This document shows, in pieces, positions 40,615 to 55,299 of a DNA stretch of 64,000 nucleotides. Source of the stretch: Eledone cirrhosa (Eukaryota); assembly GCA_964016885.1 (NCBI GenBank), contig OZ024742.1, positions 34,968,001 to 35,032,000 of the forward strand, read 5' to 3'. A program made the position numbers and the translations under genes. A model generated the notes under the pieces. That model saw only the letters and a program-made list of their open reading frames with translations. It did not search any database and was not told the DNA's origin. Each line of letters begins with the position of its first letter. Within the stretch, counting starts at the first letter, position 1.

Positions 40615-41427
40615 TTTATCTATATATTGAATAAAACATATGAAAGATTATGTGCGAGATTATAAAATGCTTTTATATATCAATAGTTGAGTATATAAAA
40701 AAAATTACTGTCTATGTAGAAATTCCACGGTTTATTTATAAAGATCCATTTATAAACAACTATTCAGCTAGAATAAAAAGTACTAGTGGCAGCAGGCATT
40801 AGCCCTGTGATAGACTGGCGTCCCATCCAGGAGAAAATCTGGTACTTTTAAAAAATTAACTATAAACGTCCTAGAATTTAGCAGAAAATATCTACAAATT
40901 AATTTTTCAATTCAAATGCTTATAGTGCTTTTAGATAGATCATCGTGACAATTTGTAGTATTAGAGTAAACACTATCCCATGTGTGTGTCCCCCTCACAC
41001 ATCTGTCTATTTATTTATCTATCTGTGATAACACGTGGACTGGTGGTCGATGTGTTGTACTTACAATTATAAGGTCATGTACTCGATCGCGGACAGAGCA
41101 GTGCGTCATGTTCTTGTGTTAGACGTTTCATTTTGCGCTACTCCAGTCCACACAGTTGAGGAAAAAATGATCCCAACCACAAACAGCACCAAGAAAACCC
41201 ACACCACCGTTTCCTCTACCCGTATGCAAATTAGGACGAGAATTCTGTCAATTTTTTTTCTTTTTTACTGCAGTGGGATGATATCTGAAAAGCTAGGAAC
41301 CTGGCCATGGGTTAATACGGCCGAGAGCCTAATATATACGCTCCTGTCTCCCTCTCTCTCCCTCTTTTCTTCCTCTCTTTCTCTCTCTCTCTCTCTCTCT
41401 CATCCTCCCCCTCTCTCTCATTCCCCA

Positions 41428-41512
<85 letters not shown>

Positions 41513-41899
41513 TCTCGGAATCAGCTATATGAAGGATCTAAGAACAGATCGTTCACATCGAAGCCCCACTACGCATTTCACCACCACCACACTGCGAATA
41601 GGAAAGAAAAAAGATTAAAAAATCGGTAAGCCAAAAAATACGTTGACTTAGTATTCCTTGCGGACGGAACTTGACCTTTCGTCAATTTGTTATACTCTTA
41701 AAGATTTAAATTCGTCGTCTAGTTTGAATAAATTATGTAGATAACAACCTTTACATATATATCCCACCCACATCCATAAAATTTGAATTTAAAATGTCTA
41801 TCTGTTGTGCATGTTAATTATGTTAAATCTATCGTCTGGTTTGAATGAAATGTAGATAATAAATATATCCCACTCCCGTAAACTTTCAAATTATAATGC

Positions 41900-42170
41900 C
41901 TACCCTTTGTAAGAAAAACGTTGGAAGAAAAATACAAGAGAAGGAGGACATCTACAGACCATTGATGAGGAGTTTGCAGATCCAGTATCCAAGATACACC
42001 TTCAGCTTCATACCCATCAGTATTGGATCTACAGGTTATATACCAACTCGCTTGGACCAAAGTATAACCGAATTCATAGACTACAAATAATTCATCAAAT
42101 GGCTGCAATACCTGGCATCTTCAAAATTTGCAAAACATTCTTGCGATTCAAGAGATGACAATTTCTTTTC
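41900..42170 (+). mobile_element. Older R4/Dong-like RLE 3' remnant
   Basis: EKEDIYRPLMRSLQIQYPRYTFSFIPISIGSTGY resembles the C-terminus of ORF 42824..43522. Confidence 0.6.
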
Positions 42171-42269
42171 TTTTACAACCTTGCCACCAGGAAGGTGGCC
42201 GGTCAAAAATGTACTTGAAATTAAGAGAAAGACACATACATATATACATACATACATACACACATACAT

Positions 42270-43735
42270 ATTATACATATTAAGAAAGATCTGGTCATCG
42301 GAACTCTCTGCGCAAAACAAATCAGTGGCTCACAATGTGTTTGCTGTGCCTGTCCTAACACCAATGTTTGGAATACTCAATTGGACGATAGATGAAATCC
42401 GAGCAGTTGATGTTAGAACTCGAAAAATACTAAACAACACCGGAAACTTCCACTTCAACAGTGACATAGACCGCCTTTACTTGAAACGTAAGCAGGGAAG
42501 CAGAGGCCTAACATCAGTCCAGACAACATTTGAATGTCGCATCATATCCCTCCGACAACATCTACGAACCTCGAAGCGTAGGAGCCCGTCCCTCGAGCAA
42601 GTCTATCTGCATGAAACAGATAAGATTATAAGAGTTGGGAAGGAACTCCTCGAGAGATATTCCCTGTGTGATAATCAAAAACTCACACTCAGGGAAGTCG
42701 CTCAGCAGTATCGCAGTCAATGCATGGATGAAAGACTGCATGCTTATCAGCAAAAATCATGCATGGATATGTTGGCAGGAATCTCTAGAGTGAGAGTAAT
42801 ATAGATAAGGAAAGTAGTCTATCTTGGACCAACAACCACTATATTGGCTCCAAGAAATTAATACGAAATACCTGATTCACAAAAGAGATAGGGATGCAGG
42901 CAAAACCCCTAGATGTGATAACAAGTGCAGACTCTGCAGAAATAACATCGAATATGTCACCCGTGTCATCAGCAGCTGTCCAAAGATGTCATCGCGGTAC
43001 TATCTACCTATGAGGCATGATGTAGTGGCCAAAACACTGTACAATGCAATCTGTAGAAAAGATAGCCCCGATAATAAACACATTAAAAGTTATAGCAATG
43101 TGGAAGACATCCATATACATAATATGAAAGAGTACTGGTGGAATGTTCCAGTAAAAACCCCAATAAAATGCAGACATAATAGACCAGATATTATGATGTG
43201 GGACAGGGAAAAGAAAGCATGCACAGTAGTGGAAGTTAACTGCCCAGAAGATGCCAATCTAATATCAAAGATTAACGAAAAGGAGAATATTTATGCCGAA
43301 CTGATGAGAAATCTGCAGATACTCCACCGTGATTACACCTTCAGATTTATGCCTGTGATAATTGGGGCACTGGGGTATGTTAGTAACTGCTTCAATACAA
43401 ATCTTCAGAAGCTGGGCTTCACAGGAACAGAAAGAACACAACTAGTTAGGAAATTACAAGTACAATCCATTAATGGAACAGTAAAAATATGTAAAACATT
43501 CCAAAAATGTTGCATCAAATAACTGCATATACATATGTACTGATAGAAAGTATATACACATGCACACATACAACTCAAAACATATACATCCACACATACA
43601 ATAACATCCATATCTACACATGCAGACATACTCTACCTAGTTGATGTTGTGTAAATTCTAATGAGAGAGTCGTGTCTATGTTAGAAACCGACTCTCTCTC
43701 TATTGGTAAACATTTCTGAAATTATAAAACCAAAA
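42270..43735 (+). mobile_element. R4/Dong-like non-LTR retrotransposon, 5'-truncated (RT thumb, zinc knuckle, restriction-like endonuclease)
   Basis: KIWSSELSAQNK, IDRLYLKRKQGSRGL, CRLC...ISSCP...RHD, RPDI...VEV; (TACA)n on both sides. Confidence 0.9.
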
Positions 43736-43794
43736 GAACACATACATACGTACATACATACATACATACATACATACATACATACATACATACA

Positions 43795-43825
<31 letters not shown>

Positions 43826-43827
<2 letters not shown>

Positions 43828-45853
43828 GATGGCTGCCCCCTCGTTATCGAGTATGGCCATTGCACGAGAAAAAACCCATAATAATAACAATAATAATAAT
43901 AATAACAATAATAATAACGACAACAACAATAATAATATACATATATATATATACACACACACGCACACATATAAACATATCTATACCACACACACGATAG
44001 CAATTAACAGCGCTGTGATCGAATGTGGCTTTTTAGCCCAGCCAATGATCTAAAATGTCTTGCACAGAGTCGGCAACCAAAACATTCACTGGGAATAGTC
44101 GGCTGTGGTTGGAGTTCGTGTACTTTTGCATGTCGCTTGAGCCCTCCTGCTGATTTACATTCTCTACCACATGCTTGGCAAGCATGATTAGTAGCATCTC
44201 CAACAGCAGCCTGGTAGTCAACCACTGGTCTTACTTTATGACTGCGAAGATGACTTTCGAGTCCAGCTTTGCTTAGGCAGAGTCTCGCACAGACGCTGCA
44301 TGTCAGCGCCATAGGAGGACCCTCGCCGTCTGGAAGTGCAACAGCAATGCCCTTCCTCACATCTCGCTTTACTTTCTCGTATGCGATTCGAGATGCCTCA
44401 AAGGTAACTTTTCCCTCATATACAGTCTTTCTCCATTTATTACGATCAGCAGCAATATTTTCCCATGTATCAGCAGAGATGTTAACGTCTTTCAAAGAGG
44501 CTTTCAAGGAATCCTTATACCTCTTTTTTGGTTTATGTGGCGGTCGTTTTCCTTTAACTAGCTCTCCATAAAAGAGTTGTTTTGGTATTCTATAATCCTT
44601 CATCCTGGCAAGGTGACCACTCCAACGGAGTCGTTGCTTAAGCACAAGAGCTTCTATACTGTCACACATAGAGCTTTCCAAAATCTCGACATCACTGATG
44701 TGGTCCCTCCAGTGAATGCCATGGATCCGTTTGAGACACATCTGATGGAAACGCTCCAATTGCTTAAGGTGGTGTCGATATGTGACCCAGGTCTCGCAGG
44801 CATAAAGAAGAGAAGAGAGCACACATGCCTTGTACACCTTTACCTTTGTCTTCTTGCATATGTCTCGACGACCCCAGAGTCGCCTTTCTAACTTTCCGAA
44901 AGCATCACTTGCTTTCCTAATCCTAAGTGAGATTTCACTATCAAGGTTGCTGTATCGATTGACAGTGCTTCCCAGGTAGACAAACTGATCAACCACTCCA
45001 AGTCGTTTACCATACACATAGATATTTGGTTCACTGTACAGCTTACCAGGGGAAGGTTGGTACATGACGATGGTTTTCTTGAGACTGACAGTCTATACTA
45101 GGGCAGTGCAAGCATCAGAAAATGCATTCAAAATGTGCTGCATATCACTCTCTGTGTGCGCTACAAGATCGCAATCATTTGCATACAAGAGGTCTCTTAT
45201 GATTGATGTAAATACTTTTGTCTTTGCAGCAATGCACCTGATATTAAATATGCTGCCTGAGGTTGGATATCGGATGTAAACACCATGCTCGCAATTGATG
45301 AATGCAATACAGAAAACCATTGCAAAGTATATGACAAACAGGATCGGTGCTGGAATATCCCCCTGTTTCACTCCATTTTCTACTGAGATAGGCTCCGACA
45401 TGTTACCTCCAACATTAACCCAAGCCTTCATGTCGTCATGGAAAGACCTAACTAAAGCAAGGAACTTATCAGGGCAACCAACTTTCTGGAGAACCTTCCA
45501 TAATGCATTTCTGTTAACAGTATCGAAAGCTTTTGTCAGATCGACTAAAACCTGATACAGATCCAAACCTTGTTCCATGCACTTCTCCTGGAGCTGTCTA
45601 GCTGAGAATATCATATCAGTAGTGCCGCGTCCAGCACGAAAACCAGATTGACTTTCAGGAAGAACACAATCTGCAATGTGTGTCAGCAGACGGTCCAGAA
45701 GCACCCTACATAAAACTTTCCCTACGACAGAAAGCAATGATATACCTCTGTAGTTCCCACAATCATTCCTGTTACCCTTTCCCTTGTACAAGACCACCAT
45801 TACTGCATCTCTCCAGTCCTCAGGTACGGATTCATTAGCCCATATCCTGCCAA
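43826..45853 (-). mobile_element. RTE-clade LINE, 5'-truncated, RT with YANDC (YADD mutated) and three C-terminal C2H2-type fingers
   Basis: NYRGISLLS, ESQSGFR, DLTKAFDTV, GVKQG, FVYLGS, LRWSGHLARM; frame break at ~45065-45093; (TACA)n at both ends. Confidence 0.9.
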
Positions 45854-46982
45854 ACACACATACATACATACATACATACAAGCATACATACATACATACA
45901 TATTAACATACATACATACATACATACATACATACATACATACATACATAGTTAATGTGCGTGGCTTAGTTCGTAGGGTGTTTGGCTAATGATCGCATAG
46001 TTGTGAGTTCAATTCTCAGCAGAGTATTGTATACTGGAGTGATATGAAATTAAGTTACTTGCTCAAGCACACAACATCCTGTCCGGTCGGGGAAGCGAAC
46101 TTACAGGCTTGCGATCGAGAGCCCAACCAATATGTAATGTGACTTCACTTTTTATTAGCGCTAACAGCACCTAGTTTTATCATGCAATCATCCCTTGAGG
46201 TACTAACAAGACTCGGTGTTGTTTAACTTCAATGATTGGAAAAGAACCCATGAATTCAATGTGGTACGACAGTAAACGAACATAAAGTTATTTAATAAAA
46301 GAACATTTCGTTTCTCCTCGTGTTTCCATTTTAGAGCTTGTAATATGATTCTTTGGCTACTTTTGTCGTTATTCTTGTTATTCTAGCCGTTACCAGACCG
46401 TCTTTTGCTTCAGACGTAATGCTTCATGTCTACTGTATATATTTGGTTTAGAGCAGTTCATCATATCCATATCTGTTGTAAAAGACGACAAAAAGGCTTG
46501 GTGCCAGAAAATGCATGAGGCTGTAAAACTTTGCCTTAAAAATGACCACCTGATGAAAATGAAACGTATCATGGGGCCTACAAGTCTAACCCCCTGCTTC
46601 GACAGGGTTAAATGACTTTAAAACGTTTGCTGCTGTAGTGTATCCAACGAGTATACTGTGTCTGGTTTAGAATAGGTATATCATATATCTAGAAGTAACT
46701 GGAAGGGCATCCAGCTGTAAAACATTGCCATACAATGGATCCCATAGTGTGTATGAAGCCTGTCAGAGAACTACCAAGCTAACCATTATATTGGTCGGAG
46801 AAAGGCCTTAAACCGCTCGTTATAGTTTATTCTGGATCGACGCCAGTTTATCTAGTGCCCTAGGCCAGCTTTACAATGTACACCCAATTTTCCAAAATAA
46901 TTTTAACTTATATTTTGGTAAGTTGACGTAACTAGTTTTAAAAGAATTTTGCTCCGGTCACCCTAAGAACATTATTAAACCT

Positions 46983-47168
46983 CGGTGAATTGGTAGTATC
47001 GGTAGAGGGTCAGACGCCATGCTTTCTAGCATAGTTATGTCCCTTTATGATCTGAGTTAAAATCCCGCCGAGGTTAACTTTGCCTTTCATCCTTACGGGG
47101 TCGATAAAATAAAGTACCACTAATGTACTGGGTAATTGGTGGCCTTGTGCCAAAAATTAGAAAAAATT
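46983..47168 (+). mobile_element. tRNA-derived SINE
   Basis: ggtgaattggtagtatcgg...gagttaaaatcccgccgaggttaactttgcctttcatcc. Confidence 0.8.
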
Positions 47169-48002
47169 ATTAAACCTGCATTTTTCAATATCCAGTCTAC
47201 ATTTACACACGCCAAATCTCATGTCATGACATAAGGCCATACGACACTCACCACCGCTTTTGATTGCAGGAAATTATCTATATAGTTAATTCAATTATAC
47301 AAATGTGTATAAAACTGTGATCCTTTAAGGTTCAATATTGCTCCTCTCTGAGCTCTGTGTCCATGATGTTGGTTTAATTCGCCTTAATGGTAACATCAGT
47401 CATGGCTGCTTTAGCAGAAAAATGATTTCAAACCACTTATAGTGTATCCAATGTGTATATCCATTTTTCGAAACAATATGACAGGCAGTGTGCGATGGTT
47501 GAAATTTTTCTGTTATTTATTTTTAACACGTTGTTGAGTTATCACGTAGCTAGTAACTCTATCTAACACAGCTGATGTGCTTTGTTTAAATAGTTCAATG
47601 GTGTTTCATTACTGACATACAAAGAGATGTTGCTGCAATCGTGAGGATAAACCAATATGAGGTCGGTTGAAAGCTTCGTGTAATATATAGAGATTTCAGG
47701 AAGCCTAGTGCGTGATAGTTTAACCGGGTAAATCTTACCAGCAATATATATTTTATTCTACTTTTGGCACAAGGCCAGCAATTTTCCCAGTGTATTACTG
47801 GTACTTTATTTTATCGACCCCATAATGGTGAAAAGCAAAATTAACCTCGGCCTTTCATCCTTATGGGGTCGTTCGGCGTTTATGCGTGCGTGTGTATGGT
47901 CTTCCCGATATTCGCACTGCATATTCACACACTCTTTATCTCCCTCTCTCTCTCTCTCCCCTCTCTCTATATATCTCTCTCTCATCGCCCTCTCTTTCTC
48001 CT

Positions 48003-48083
<81 letters not shown>

Positions 48084-49514
48084 ACATACAAAGGAACAAA
48101 GACACAAAACTCAGTTGTTGGGAACATGAAGCTATTGGATGCTACATGAAGTTTATTTGATTTGTACACATGGATATACACGTGGTTTTCGTGGATTCTA
48201 TCATGACCAACATCCGGTAGGGGTTTAGTTGTCTGAAATGATAATGAAGAAGAAGATTAGATAAGTAGATCATAGTAGTGTATTATAGGATATTCATTCA
48301 TGACATAAGAAAGGAAGGAGACGATCATCAGATAGGAACAAAGAAACAATGTTTCCATTGCTTTTTCTGTTGTTCATACTATGTGCTGATTGCAACTCTT
48401 CGCAGAAGGAGCAACGTGAAATAAAGCATTTTGCTTAAAAATACAACGTGCCATCCGGTTCAAGATTACCCAAGACCTTATAATCGTAAGGCCCACACCC
48501 AAAACCACTGGTCCACGCACCATCACTGACATTAAAATTAACATATTGATAAGTTTTAACGAAATGAGACATGCTTCCAAGATAAGTTGAGAGAGAGGTT
48601 AGACTTGTCAGAGTCGTACAAAATACCCCACCTTGTTTGTTCCGGCGATTTGTACTCTGAGTTGAAATTCTACTGAGTTCAACTTTGCCTTCAGAGCTTC
48701 GTGATCGATAAATAAAGTACCAGTACTAGAGTCAATTAGTCTTTCTCTTTGTCCTCTCTCTCTCTCCATCTCTTCCTTTCTCTCTCCTTCATGCACTGTC
48801 CCCCACCCATCCTGCAATAAATCGTCTGTGATCAGAGCTAGAAAAGCATGGGCTCCTTCACGATTAAAACGCCCAAAGTCACACCATACGTGACGATGAA
48901 GCCCAAACAATTTCACCAGGATTTAACGGACAAAGGAAAGCAGGAAAGAAGGAAGACATATACGGTGCGGGCCTCTATACTGGATAACACACATTCCATA
49001 GGGAAGATTATAGCGGGTTAACACATATTTTGGCTGCTATTTCTAGCAATTCAACTTACCATATTGAAGCTTCTATCGTTGTCATTTGGCCATAACTTAG
49101 TCTGATCAAGCAGACATATGATAAAAGGCGTTTCGGTCGTGATCATACTGTCTTTTTGTATAGCTGGGAGTACATTTTGCTATGTTGTACGGTGTATGGT
49201 TTGAAGGGGACCTAGCTATCACAGCTCATCTCTGACTAAGCAAATCTTTGAGAAAAGGTATTCCATCCATAGCCATCCCATCCCTTTCTCAGGCATAGTG
49301 AACACGGCCTTGATAACCGTTTCATTACAGTGTGTCCATTTTTAAAACGGCAAAATACACGCACGCACGTAAGGTGAGTGATAATGTGTGAGTGAGAGTT
49401 TTGTGCCATCAGAAGATGCATGTCAATGCATACATACATACATACATACATACATACATACATACATACATACATACATACATACATACATACATACATA
49501 CATACATACATACA

Positions 49515-49800
49515 TGGTGGCTGCCAATTCGTTTTCGAGTATGGCCACTACTTTATATCCATGTAGGAGAACCCCTACCGATGCGCTGAACGAGTGTGAC
49601 TTTTTAGTCCAGCCAGCGACTTGAAAACTCTGGTACAAACACTACACTTGTGATAATTATTGACACATAGTGCTGGGCCCATGGTACCATCTGATGACAA
49701 GTGCAGAGAGATTTCCAGATATAAAGCAATGCCTGTGCCGTGAAGCTTTTATAGTGAGCAAAGGCACTGCACAAAGCCAGTCCCACTCTCTTAACCAAGA
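49515..49800 (-). mobile_element. 3' end of a second, related RTE family between two (TACA)n tracts
   Basis: Minus-strand HKCSVCTRVFKSLAGLKSH; terminus tggctgcc..tcgagtatggcca shared with the 8396 and 43826 copies. Confidence 0.7.
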
Positions 49801-50369
49801 TACATACATACATACATACATACATACATACATACATACATACATACATACATACATACATACATACATACATACGTATGTCTTGTTTTGTTTTCGTATT
49901 TCATCATTAATCTAGAGCATTGTTTTTCAAACTTTGTGTATTGTGATACAATATGCTTATGTGTAGGAAAGAGATTATCGCGAACAAGAGAGCTTGTTTT
50001 GCTTACCCAACGGCATAATCTTCAGCTGCATAGGTTCTGTAAGTCGAAACGAGACAGCGAATCATTTCAAGAATAAACAGACAGATAGACAGGCATTATA
50101 AGGACCGGCTTGATCATATCTTACTTATGTTTCAATGGCGTAATTAGAAGAAGTAAGGGGGGAACGTTCGAGGATTTTACAACAGACTGACTGATGGGTA
50201 TTGTAAGGCTTGCCTTGGTCAGTTCTTACTTTGGAATGATTTAGTTAGAGGACCAATTGGGGGTCAATCCTAGATATTTTACCTTTGTACTAGGTCAATA
50301 AGACTGGTGGAGGACAAGGGGAGAAAGGAACCACGTTTGGATTGCTATAGAAAGAAGGGAGCACATTAA

Positions 50370-51028
50370 CCCTTTCATGACCGTATTCTAATAGAAGGAA
50401 TTATTTATTTAGATACTATTAAGATATTTGTAACTTATATAAAATTATGTAGCACGATTTTAATGAAGAATTTAGAGGGATTTACTAAAATTTAGAGAGA
50501 TTTACTCAAATTTAGAGAGATTTAGTAAAATTAATTCATTATTAAGATAGTATTGGTAATATGCTATTAAATCAAATTTTCTTCATCTTCATCATCATCA
50601 TCATCATTCTTCTTCTTCTTCTTCTTCTTCTTCTTCTTCTTCTTCTTCTTCTTCTTCTTCTTCTTCTTCTTCTTCTTCTTCTATCTGAGAGAGTCGGGAG
50701 AGAAGAGTTCTCATGAGCGCCTTCCAGTGGGTCCTGTCAGAAGCAACTGTCTCCATTTGATCCGGCTTTAACCCCAAGCGAAAATCATGGATTTTGTTGA
50801 ACCATCTTGCTCGAAGGACTTTAGAGTTAAGCTGGAATCCGACTTTAGATCAGCAAATAAAGTATTCTGGTAGACCATCCACCGATTTCGTAATAAGAAG
50901 TCCCCTCCACGCCTGCTTTATATAAAATTATATTGGATGAAATAATTTAAATAGGAACCCTTTAAATTGGTGCGGATCTTTTTTTCTTGGAACCAGTGAC
51001 AGTTCTGGTCAGGCTGGTATCAAAAGTG
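50370..51028. mobile_element. piggyBac-like MITE (TTAA-flanked) with a nested LINE 3' fragment and (CTT)n tail at ~50600-50920
   Basis: TTAA|ccctttcatgacc ... ggtatcaaaagtg|TTAA, imperfect terminal inverted repeats. Confidence 0.45.
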
Positions 51029-53193
51029 TTAATACATAAAATTGTGCTGAGTTAAAGCCAGAAATCTGGTCGAATACTTTGCCACAGAATGGACCTCGTT
51101 AAAGCCTCGCAATATGCCAGTCTAAAGAAGTGGACTGTTGGAGTTGTTAAGGACTTTGAATAATATACCTTGCGGTATTTGTTCCGGCTTTTGCGTTCTT
51201 GGTCCAAATATATCACTCAATAACAAGTACGGGTTATTCGACGGGTTTCAGTATATATTACAGTCCAGCTAATTTAACTAACAAGTGTTTCTTTGGTCGA
51301 ATAGAATCTGAGGTAGAAGACAATTTCTCAAAAAACCACGTAATTGTGGAGTAGACTAAACTTCTTAACCGTACGACTATACGTATTTATGTAATTATAT
51401 CAAATAGTTTAGTGAGAGTTGGATTTCTGTCGGGTTCGGCGACGAGTGGTCCAATTGTTTGATCACAGGAACAATTTGTTCGTTAAATACACGTGAGATG
51501 GTTGTACATTCAACACAAAGGTGGACCTTTAACGTAATTCTTAGGGACTATTAGCGTGACAAATCTGGCCAGTTGAATTAGAAGTGCAACTCATTTGTAC
51601 CAATTGCGTGAACTGGGGCCACGTTAAATAATGTGTCATTGGAGATCGACTTCACGACCTTACGACAGTGACCCGAACACCTTAACTTCAAGCCTACCCT
51701 CTTTCACATTTTAGTAACCTTAACTAAACTGCTTTTATATGACTAGCAGTGTGTGAGAGAGATCTTAGTTCTCAGATCTCAAATCTCAGAAACATTTTTA
51801 ATTGGAAGATAAAGACCAGTTGATCCGAGGTTTAAAATCTATTCAAAGATTCTTTCCATCTACATTAAAACATTAAAATTGGAGAAGTACTGAATAAAGG
51901 AAATTCCCCCTCACTCCTATTCTGAGTATTAAACATTCGCGATAAAAAGTAAAATTGATCAGCAAAACATGTATATATGTGTGTGTGTGTACAATGTATG
52001 TATAACAAATTTCGTTGTACTCAGAAGGGCAACTTGCAACTCATGCACTGGATACTTTTCGCTTCTTTATTCAGATTATCAAAATATATTTTAACACTTT
52101 CTGTGATCTTTGCAATTAAGACCCTTTCTTCCAACTGAATTTAATATTTTATATTTTCTCCTTGTATTATCAGTTATGTGTGGCCCTTCGCTGGAATACA
52201 ATAACATTTGTTATTACTTTCTCAATACACGGTTTTACGACAAGCCTAATGCAATATATCGCGACCCCACTTACAATTCTAACAACTTATTTTCCATACC
52301 CAGGCCACAATAGATAAAAACTGCAACACGTCCCTACATTTTTTATAAACATTCTATCAATATGTCTAGACTCAGGACTTGAAAAAAACACTTCAATGCG
52401 TCTCTGCTTATAATTTTATCAACATATTTCTCCACATAGGTCATGAAAGAAACTAAAATAATGCGGCCTTGCTTCTCTAAGACAGTCAAGGTCTCGAAAC
52501 GTTAATAAGATTGTGGCATATTTCTATTTCCTATCCGCTGATTGTGTACGGCCTGGTGACTCATTATTTATATATATATTACATGCCAGCATAAGAGCAA
52601 GAATGAGGGGATCATTCTACTCACATGGCTTAAACGAGCCTGTTCCCATAATTGCAAACGAATCAAATATTATTATTAATATTCGAAAAACTCAGATTAC
52701 ATTTATATGTATCCAGCCATGTAGAGCGATAACTATTTGTTAGTTATTATTACATGTGTGTGTGTGTGTGTGTGTTTATATTAATGTTATGTTAAAGGGC
52801 TGCTATGTTAAAAGCTAATGGTGAATATCTGATAGAAATCATGATTTAACATAGGAAAAGTTTTTAACTCACTCTCGTCGGATGAGTCCATCAACATTGG
52901 GGCTGAAATTCAAAGTTAAAACGCGTTTATAATTGATATCCATTGATTACGAAAAAATGCCAATAATTGTAATTTGTAAGGCATGGTTATTTATAGTGGG
53001 CAGGAGCGACCCCGGTATGATACTGGTACTTATTTTATCGACCCCTGTGTAGGAGGAAAGGCAAAGTAGACCAGATCAGTTTGGAACTTAGAAATTAACG
53101 AGCCGAAATTAAATACTTTCTCCATCCCACGCGATATTATATCTGAAAAACACATCACCAGAGATCACGTTTATAGTAAACATATTAATATAC

Positions 53194-53415
53194 TGTTTAG
53201 AAATGTAGAAAATCTCGAACACAGCAAAATAGCCGTGGACACAGCTTTAGAAAATCAGGTGAAAATATCCCTATAAACGGAAAAGGTGGCCAGTAGCCGC
53301 TACACAAAGTGGCTGCTAGCCACTTTTTCCGTCTTCAGGGACATTTTAACCCGGGTTTCTAAAGCTAAGTTCACGGCTATTTTCCTGCGTTCGTGATTTT
53401 CTACATTTCTAAACA
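53194..53415. repeat. Diverged ~220-bp palindrome
   Basis: tgtttagaaatgtagaaaatc ... gattttctacatttctaaaca. Confidence 0.85.
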
Positions 53416-53638
53416 TTTCAACATACTCGACGCTTCAATGTTTATTTATAAATAATGTCGTTTTTTTTTCAAAGTGTAAGACGCACTTTTTTTTTAAATT
53501 TGATGACAAAAATCTGCCTGCACCCTATATATATTATCCATAGTCCCTCAACTCCTGATGGAGTTGCATGGTATTTAAGCCTGGTAGAACTCTTTTCTCT
53601 TCACACCAAAACAGTCGATTTCTTCCATATATATATAA

Positions 53639-53716
<78 letters not shown>

Positions 53717-53719
<3 letters not shown>

Positions 53720-54030
53720 AGACCCCCTTCGGTCACGAATGACCATGTGATTTGCACCTAAAAAGTTTCCGTCCGAGGGTCAAGTCCGGGCAAGGTTGTT
53801 TGAGGAAGACCAGCAGTCGCCCATACATAACAGCCTCCCCTCTCCACGCCACCGATGATGTTCAAGGGAAAGGCTATGGCCGATTCATGTTGGCACCGGT
53901 GACGTTGCAACTCATTTCTACAGCTGAGTAAAATAAAGTGTCTTGCTCAAGGACACAACGCATCACCCGGTCCGAAAATCGAACTCACAACCTTTCGATT
54001 GCAAGCCCAATGCTCTAACCACTAAGCCAT
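53717..54030 (-). mobile_element. Second tRNA-derived SINE family, near full length
   Basis: Minus-strand head tggcttagtggttagagc...gtgagttcgatt (A and B boxes); related heads near 39070-39160, 45955-46030 and 48400-48520. Confidence 0.7.
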
Positions 54031-54479
54031 ATATACCACCTTACCTATATATACACCGTTGAAAAATACAACTACAATTTTTTACCCAACTCTTTTTCTT
54101 CAAGTAAGAGTGCGTCTTATATAACGAAAAACACGGTACTCGGCAACTCACTTTGTTTTACTCTTCTTGTTGACGTATCTGAAAAGAAAAGGACATAGCT
54201 CCTATGCCGTGACAGCCCTCACAATTCTACCATGGATATAATCAAGTGAGTATAACTGGCACGACTTAATAATTGCTGCGTGTTGTATTGCAGGCCTGAT
54301 CGAGAAGACCCATTAAACCACGAGCACTTCTGTCTTTTGCTTTTTAAGCACAGTGTATCTAGAACAGCATTATCTATCCAATGTGTGCATATCATTCATC
54401 CATTTTTGAAGACAGTTTTGTTGTTGGTTGTCAGATATTCGATGTGTTTATAGGTGTTTGAGGTCATACGTAGGGTACA

Positions 54480-54700
54480 ACATAGTTCGTAACAAAAGTA
54501 GTGGCAGATATATTGGAAGCACAACCCGCAAACTACACATAGGGATCAAAGAACACATTCACGCAAGTGCTTTCTCTGTCAAAAATATCTGCAGAAATAC
54601 CACACCCAAAACATGAAGGTCACCATAGAGGACACCGAACGAAACACGGAAATACGCGTATCAAAAAGACTCCTCCGCGTCAATAGAACTAGACCAATCA
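54480..54700 (+). pseudogene. Highly decayed GIY-YIG (PLE) remnant
   Basis: RYIGSTTRKLHIGIKEH. Confidence 0.4.
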
Positions 54701-55299
54701 CAAACAGCAATCGTGTGTTACATGAAGCCGATTGAGAATTGGAACTACACCAGTCTGCACATGTCGCTACTCCTCTGACCCAATTTTATCGTATTAGAGC
54801 TCTGCTTTCCGTGAGCACCGAATTCCATTTCTTTCCTTTTGAAAAAGAAGTCCTAACCTCGAAATATCATGAAATATAAGGTAAAGGTGTAAACTCTTGT
54901 GCTGTTTTCCTAACTGTACCATAGCTTTCTCCTTTTTATTTCTAATTTCCATTATATTGGCTTTCCCAAAACAATCACAACTACAAGTCCTACAATGCTT
55001 CATATAAACTATAACATTATGCCGGCTTTCCAAAACAAAATATAGTCAGACATCTTACAACGCTTCATATAAAATATACTGATTTGATGTTATTCTTTCA
55101 ATCTGGTGAAGTTGACATCCACAGAATTGGCTGCCATAACTTTAACTTGCAGATGTGACAATATTAGTTTCTCGGCTAGTTCAAGAAACATGTCTCCACC
55201 CATTCCAGAGAACCTTATCTTCAATCTACGCTTAAAAACCACATGTTGTTATCAGTTTACATCTTCTTTAAAGAATATCTCGTTATCAACGCGACAAAC

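Noticed and set aside
46546-46574. ccac-CTGATGA-aaat-GAAA-cgta-TC-atgg
   Set aside because: Only 4 nt between the core boxes, so stem II cannot form; may be chance or a deleted relic
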